Below, piece after piece: positions 59,284-64,000 of a stretch of DNA of 64,000 nucleotides. Source of the stretch: an uncultured virus (IMG/VR IMGVR_UViG_3300028888_000091) (Duplodnaviria > Heunggongvirae > Uroviricota > Caudoviricetes); IMG/VR virus record IMGVR_UViG_3300028888_000091; one strand, given 5' to 3'. The notes below the pieces were generated by a model that was not told the DNA's origin, ran no database searches, and saw nothing but the letters and a program-made list of their open reading frames with translations. A program made the translations under genes and the position numbers. The number at the start of each line of letters is the position of its first letter. Position 1 is the first letter of the stretch.

Positions 59284-59313
59284 AAAAAAACAGAACATAA
59301 AAATTATGTTCTG
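59284..59313 (-). terminator. Hairpin plus U7 directly after the tRNA-like element
   Basis: CAGAACATAA-TTT-TTATGTTCTG-TTTTTTT on the - strand. Confidence 0.65.
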
Positions 59314-59316
59314 AAG

Positions 59317-59378
59317 TTCAACTAAAAGGAATCGAACCTTTGCAATGTAATTCTTTACCTAAATCGAATTATAGTTGA
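59317..59378 (-). ncRNA. tRNA-like element (acceptor stem, D arm, T arm; anticodon arm absent)
   Basis: UCAACUA-UA-AUUC-GAUUUAGGUAAA-GAAU-UACAUUGC-AAAGG-UUCGAUU-CCUUU-UAGUUGA-A. Confidence 0.75.
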
Positions 59379-60220
59379 AAAATATCATCATATTCATCAT
59401 AATATTCATTAGTCATTTGATAATTTGTATTTGAAATTGCATATACACATCTGCAATTTGGATGAACTGGCAGTAAATTATTCACTTCATCTATATGATA
59501 TGGATTATGGGCTTCAAGATTTAAACAATCAGTACATACTTTATTATCTCCCATTGTTACAATATCTACCCATTTTATATTATTGTCTTTATATGCTTGT
59601 AATCTTGCTTTATTTTTAACAGAATTAACTTCTGTTCTTGCAATCATTTTTGCTCTTTGTTGTGCAGTATGTTTATTTAAAGGACTAATTCCCGCAACTT
59701 CTAATTCTTGGGCTATATCACTTACACTTTTTTTATTGATTACACCATCAAGTATAATATCCTTGAAATTCTTATCTAAATCATCGCATAAATTAGTTAA
59801 AAGGTCATAATTATATTGCCTAATTTCAATAAAATTTAATAAATCATTATCAGTTAAAATTGGTTTAAGATTCATTGATTGATAAGATATTCGATTACTT
59901 TCATGATAAAATCCCATCAATAAAGGTAATAATAATACTTCAAATTTATCTTGAAGATAAACTCTCATTTTTAATTTGAATTCATCAAAAAATCCTAATG
60001 GTAAATTTTCAACATCATTTAATAATTGTTCAAAGACATCAGAAGTAACCCAATCTTTAACTTCTTTAACTTGACCATCAAGAATTAATAAAATATAATA
60101 ATAATATTCTTCTTCTTCTTCAGTTAATGCTTCATCATTTAATAACACTTCATATTCGGGAGGTAATGATTTTAGAAGAAGTTTATTAAACAACTCTTCA
60201 TCAACTGTTATTTTACTCAT
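59369..60220 (-). CDS. Minor head protein (MuF / SPP1 gp7 family)
   Basis: RAKMIARTE, D.KVC..C, PVHPNCRC. Confidence 0.9.
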   Translation of the reverse strand: MSKITVDEELFNKLLLKSLPPEYEVLLNDEALTEEEEEYYYYILLILDGQVKEVKDWVTSDVFEQLLNDVENLPLGFFDEFKLKMRVYLQDKFEVLLLPLLMGFYHESNRISYQSMNLKPILTDNDLLNFIEIRQYNYDLLTNLCDDLDKNFKDIILDGVINKKSVSDIAQELEVAGISPLNKHTAQQRAKMIARTEVNSVKNKARLQAYKDNNIKWVDIVTMGDNKVCTDCLNLEAHNPYHIDEVNNLLPVHPNCRCVYAISNTNYQMTNEYYDEYDDIFQL

Positions 60221-61496
60221 GATTATAATATTTTAAATTACTATCTTCAATTAATCCTTCATATTCTAATGCAGACCTATACATTTTTAAATTTTTTTGA
60301 GTTGATGGAATATATGCATTATCATATAAAGGTTCTTGACCATATCCTTTACGAACTTCATTTGGTAATAATGTACCATTTTTTATTCGTATATCTTCAA
60401 TTTGGGCTTTAACTAATTTATCTTCAATATCTAAATCATTATATTTAAAATATTCATGGAATGCACTTCTTCCTAATACTTTATTATAAGCATCTTCAAA
60501 TAATTTTGCTTTACCTTGAAAAGTTTTCTTGAAATTTTTATCTTGACTATTTCCACTACCTAAATCAAGATTACTTGTTTCAATAATTCCAACTTTGTAA
60601 GGTGGCATACCAAAAGTTGCTAATATTCTATCACGAATATTTCGTATCATATCTGCATATTGCATATCTTCTGATGTGATACCAATATTCTTGAAATCTG
60701 CTCCACGAAGAATCATAGTACCATGTCGGTTCTGATGCTCCATTGTTTTCATTCGAGCAATTTCTTGATTGTATGCTTGGTCATTTAATTGTGACTCAAA
60801 TTTAATGTATCCACTTGGGTCTAATCCTTTTCTCTCAAGAATTTCTTGAGTGAAATCATTTCCAAGAATTTCTAAAATTAAATCATGAGCAAGAACATCA
60901 ATTGGGGATTTTCCCCATACTTTACTTCTTAATGATGGTTCTTTAACATGAATTATATTTTCTGCTTCAAATCTATGACTATTATCAATAAAACCCCATT
61001 GGTCTGTATCTTCATAATAAGTCATTATTTCACATGGAATATATTTAAATCCAATTGGTACATTTGAATATACATCATCATAAATAACTTCACAAAATGC
61101 ATCACCCATTAATAATAATGATGCCCACATATTACTCTGTAATGTAGCATATGTATCTTGTGAATATAATCCCATCGGATTATCAAATAAATTTGTCAAA
61201 TAATTAACTCTTGAAAGATTAGTATAACCATCTTCAAGACTTTTAATTTTAAATCCAAGATTTCTCACTTCATTCACATAAACTTGGATACAAGCATTAA
61301 CCCATACATTATTTCCGGCTCTATAATAAGTTCGCCAACCAATTCCAGTTGATTTATTTCGTGGTTCAGTAACCCAACTATATTGACCATTAATAAATCT
61401 ATCGAGAAAATTATCATAAGCAGAATCTACAGTTGGTTTACGAACAAATGGTAGATTATTCTTTAATCCTTCATATGCTTTATTAAAAATATTCAT
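60213..61496 (-). CDS. Portal protein (HK97 family)
   Basis: VNACI, LLMGDAF, IIH, G.SP, I...FGMPP..VG, NEVR...G. Confidence 0.92.
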   Translation of the reverse strand: MNIFNKAYEGLKNNLPFVRKPTVDSAYDNFLDRFINGQYSWVTEPRNKSTGIGWRTYYRAGNNVWVNACIQVYVNEVRNLGFKIKSLEDGYTNLSRVNYLTNLFDNPMGLYSQDTYATLQSNMWASLLLMGDAFCEVIYDDVYSNVPIGFKYIPCEIMTYYEDTDQWGFIDNSHRFEAENIIHVKEPSLRSKVWGKSPIDVLAHDLILEILGNDFTQEILERKGLDPSGYIKFESQLNDQAYNQEIARMKTMEHQNRHGTMILRGADFKNIGITSEDMQYADMIRNIRDRILATFGMPPYKVGIIETSNLDLGSGNSQDKNFKKTFQGKAKLFEDAYNKVLGRSAFHEYFKYNDLDIEDKLVKAQIEDIRIKNGTLLPNEVRKGYGQEPLYDNAYIPSTQKNLKMYRSALEYEGLIEDSNLKYYNHE

Positions 61497-61514
61497 AATA
61501 AACTTCTCAACTTC

Positions 61515-62906
61515 CTAAAATAAATCAATAAACTGTATGTCCGGTGTTATTCCTCTATCCATCCTACAAAGATAATTAAATCCATGAGAGGTCGCATCTA
61601 CTTGGTCATCGTGAATTGTGAATGGAAATCCACTTAATTCTAATTTAAACTCTTTTTTAACTTCTTCTCCAACATCAATATATACTAAACCATCTAACAT
61701 TGCATTTTTGAATGGTGTTGCTCTATCTTCTTTTGATGTTATTGGTAATGCTTGTTCTACAATAAATCCTCTTAATTGTTCTTTATATTCTGCATATAAT
61801 AATTTTCCCGCACCGGCAACACCAGTTTCAATAACTACATGAGTATCAATACCATCACTCATTGCAGTTTCTTTAATGATTTCTTTAACATATGTTCCAA
61901 ATTGTCCACGAACAATATCTGTTATACAAACACAATTATTATCATACAGTTCCATTAATACACCAACTGTATAATCGTTCATATCTCCTTTTTCATCAGT
62001 TGAACCGGCTAAATCCCATGCTCTACATTTACCTATGCAAATTGCATTTGTTGGTTTTCCAACTTTTAATTTAGTTAAATCAAAGAAATCTGAATCTTCA
62101 TCCATTGGAGTTTGTTGATATATTGCATTGAACATTCTCATTCCCATTCTTTCTTTTTTCTTTTCAAGCACATCAATTGTGTATTTTTCTTTCCACAAAG
62201 GTGTACCATCATCAAGAATTGCCGGGAATTCTATGAAATGATAAGAATTTGGGTCATACTGTTTTAAATACCCTTGAATATCCATTGAATTCCATCTTGT
62301 ATGCAATATCACTTCAAGAGTATGACTCTCAATTCTTTGTTCTATGACATTATTATACCAATCAATTGTTTTTTGTAATGCAGATGGAGTAAATTCCTCT
62401 TCTAATCCTTTATATATATCATCCAAAATAAGTACATCTGCATCAGTACCAGTAATACTTCCTCCTTTACCTACAAGTCTAATAGAACCATTATATAATT
62501 TTTTATCTTCATCACAAAACATTAAATAACTTGATGATTTTTTAACATCTGAAAGATAAACATTAAAATATTTACCATATTCATTAATGTATTCTCTTAA
62601 ACTTATACCGAATTTTTCAGATAAACTTCCGGAGTTAGTAACAATTAAGATATTTAAATGAGGATTATGGAATATTAACCACATTGGGAATGCTAATGTG
62701 ATAAGACTTGACTTTGAATGTCTTGGAGGCATTGCTACACATAATCTTTTATATGATTTATCAGAACCATCATACATTTTCATTAATTCCCTACTCAACT
62801 TCTTAATATGTGGAGCGGGTTGATTATCTGCAAAATGTGAACCTACAAAAACACGATAAAATAAATAAAGGTCATTAATTATTTCACTTATCTTGTCCTT
62901 ATCCAT
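61515..62906 (-). CDS. terL: Terminase large subunit
   Basis: MPPRHSKS, ITG.DAD.LILDD, TRW, YQQ.P, AWDLA, HDDQVDA. Confidence 0.95.
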   Translation of the reverse strand: MDKDKISEIINDLYLFYRVFVGSHFADNQPAPHIKKLSRELMKMYDGSDKSYKRLCVAMPPRHSKSSLITLAFPMWLIFHNPHLNILIVTNSGSLSEKFGISLREYINEYGKYFNVYLSDVKKSSSYLMFCDEDKKLYNGSIRLVGKGGSITGTDADVLILDDIYKGLEEEFTPSALQKTIDWYNNVIEQRIESHTLEVILHTRWNSMDIQGYLKQYDPNSYHFIEFPAILDDGTPLWKEKYTIDVLEKKKERMGMRMFNAIYQQTPMDEDSDFFDLTKLKVGKPTNAICIGKCRAWDLAGSTDEKGDMNDYTVGVLMELYDNNCVCITDIVRGQFGTYVKEIIKETAMSDGIDTHVVIETGVAGAGKLLYAEYKEQLRGFIVEQALPITSKEDRATPFKNAMLDGLVYIDVGEEVKKEFKLELSGFPFTIHDDQVDATSHGFNYLCRMDRGITPDIQFIDLF

Positions 62907-62940
62907 AATTTTTCTTTATAACCCATCAAATAAAATTTAA

Positions 62941-63390
62941 TTAATTTTTTTCTTCATCTAATATTTTTGATACTTTATCATTATCAAATAATTCACTAAT
63001 ATCTTCTGATTTTACTTTTGCATTTACATTAGCATCAATTGTTTGTTTCTTACCAAAATCATCATGAGCCATTCTTTCAAGCCACCACGCCGCACTTTGC
63101 CATGATGGGTCTATTCTAATCTTTTCAACCCTACTTGCTACTGCTAATGCTATTGCTTCATCATGTTTTAATTGAACATATTTATATAATGAATCAGAAT
63201 CATCATCTTCTTCTCTACCTAATCGTATCCATCTATAATATGATTCTTTTGATATTCCGGCAATCATACAAGCATAATGTATCGGAACACCTCTTGCAAT
63301 TTCATTATATATCTTATCAATTAATTCTTTTGATATTTTTAAATTTTTATTGCTTTTTGGTTTTTTATATTCTTTTTCTGAATCTACCAT
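62941..63390 (-). CDS. terS: Terminase small subunit
   Basis: HTH (AC..AGIS..SYYRW), WQSAAWWLER; directly upstream of terL. Confidence 0.8.
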   Translation of the reverse strand: MVDSEKEYKKPKSNKNLKISKELIDKIYNEIARGVPIHYACMIAGISKESYYRWIRLGREEDDDSDSLYKYVQLKHDEAIALAVASRVEKIRIDPSWQSAAWWLERMAHDDFGKKQTIDANVNAKVKSEDISELFDNDKVSKILDEEKN

Positions 63391-63394
63391 AATA

Positions 63395-63853
63395 TTATAT
63401 CTTTTTCCAAGTTAATCCTTTACTTTGTACTTTTAATGCTAATTTTCTTAAACTTGTACTGGTTATTGATTGTCTTACATTATTTTTATCATAATATTGG
63501 TATCTATATATAAATCCTTGCTTACATTTTGGACAAGGTTTCTTATTTACTCTAAAATAACCAGTTGTTGTTTTGTTTTTAGATAATTTTTCTTTAACTT
63601 TATCATCTAATTTTTTGCCTTCATGATGCAGTTTAAGATGTTCTTCTACTGTTAATAATTGTAAATTGGAAATAGAGTTATTATGTGGATTGAAATCTTT
63701 ATGGTGGATTACATATCCTTTTGGGATTTTTCTTCCATAGAATTTTTCCCATATTGTTCTATGAAGTAATTTATTATTACCTAATCGATAGTATCCTTTG
63801 TTATTTTGATGGACTAAACCTAATTTGGTTTTAACTTTTTCTTCCGATTTCAT
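63395..63853 (-). CDS. HNH homing endonuclease
   Basis: LHR.IWE, VIHHKD.N..NN...NLQL, H...H; C-terminal TGYFRV DNA-binding region. Confidence 0.85.
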   Translation of the reverse strand: MKSEEKVKTKLGLVHQNNKGYYRLGNNKLLHRTIWEKFYGRKIPKGYVIHHKDFNPHNNSISNLQLLTVEEHLKLHHEGKKLDDKVKEKLSKNKTTTGYFRVNKKPCPKCKQGFIYRYQYYDKNNVRQSITSTSLRKLALKVQSKGLTWKKI

Positions 63854-64000
63854 GTAATTCTTTTACATATTTTTTTATTATTTATAATAATGTCTTCCAC
63901 TATCTCTGCATCATTGCACATATAATAATTAATTTCTTGTTTTATTGATTTTATTTTATCAATATCTTTTGGAATGTTTGGTAATTGTTTTTGAATATTA

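Larger units (their letters stand above)
1..64000. mobile_element. Partial genome of a tailed archaeal virus (myovirus morphotype, probably temperate) of Methanobacteriales
   Basis: Complete HK97-type head, neck, contractile tail and baseplate gene order; tyrosine integrase; PCNA; archaeal promoters and SD sites; pseudomurein endolysin. No host housekeeping genes or att boundaries visible. Confidence 0.93.

Noticed and set aside
45645..59378. The two tRNA-like elements as true tRNA genes or as attP sites
   Set aside because: Neither has a valid anticodon arm. attP cores usually hold only a host tRNA 3' portion near the integrase, whereas these have both acceptor strands and lie 25-39 kb from int.

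Overview
The whole window is a very AT-rich segment of a tailed archaeal virus (Caudoviricetes, contractile-tail myovirus), almost certainly infecting a pseudomurein-walled methanogen (Methanobacteriales, probably Methanobrevibacter). Support: archaeal BRE/TATA promoters, GGTG/GGAG Shine-Dalgarno sites, PCNA, a pseudomurein-binding-repeat endolysin and a TGNP-anchored surface protein. Layout: (i) 1-5.7 kb, + strand, early/accessory region of small acidic and Zn-ribbon ORFs with tandem paralogues and a duplicated promoter; (ii) 6.2-20.1 kb, - strand, nucleotide metabolism and replication (class III RNR with two inteins, dUTPase/dCTP deaminase, PCNA, DinG/XPD helicase, P-loop helicase, RecT/Bet, tyrosine integrase); (iii) 20.3-63.9 kb, - strand, morphogenesis and lysis (HNH, terminase, portal, MuF, protease, HK97 capsid, neck, sheath, tube, tape measure, baseplate, fibres, endolysin, holin-like). 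The most interesting signal is an apparent non-coding RNA layer. A ~195-nt structured RNA (5770-5968) has a loop complementary to the ribosome-binding site and start codon of the early paralogous genes. Two tRNA-like elements without a functional anticodon arm (45645-45715, 59317-59378) sit in the late operon. Also notable: a baseplate hub apparently split into four genes carrying cargo domains, an Ala1 intein at the RNR catalytic Cys, a virus-encoded thioester-domain adhesin, and strong avoidance of CCTG/CAGG, CAGC/GCTG, GATC and AGCT. All calls are by eye from motifs and gene order; no database search or folding program was run.
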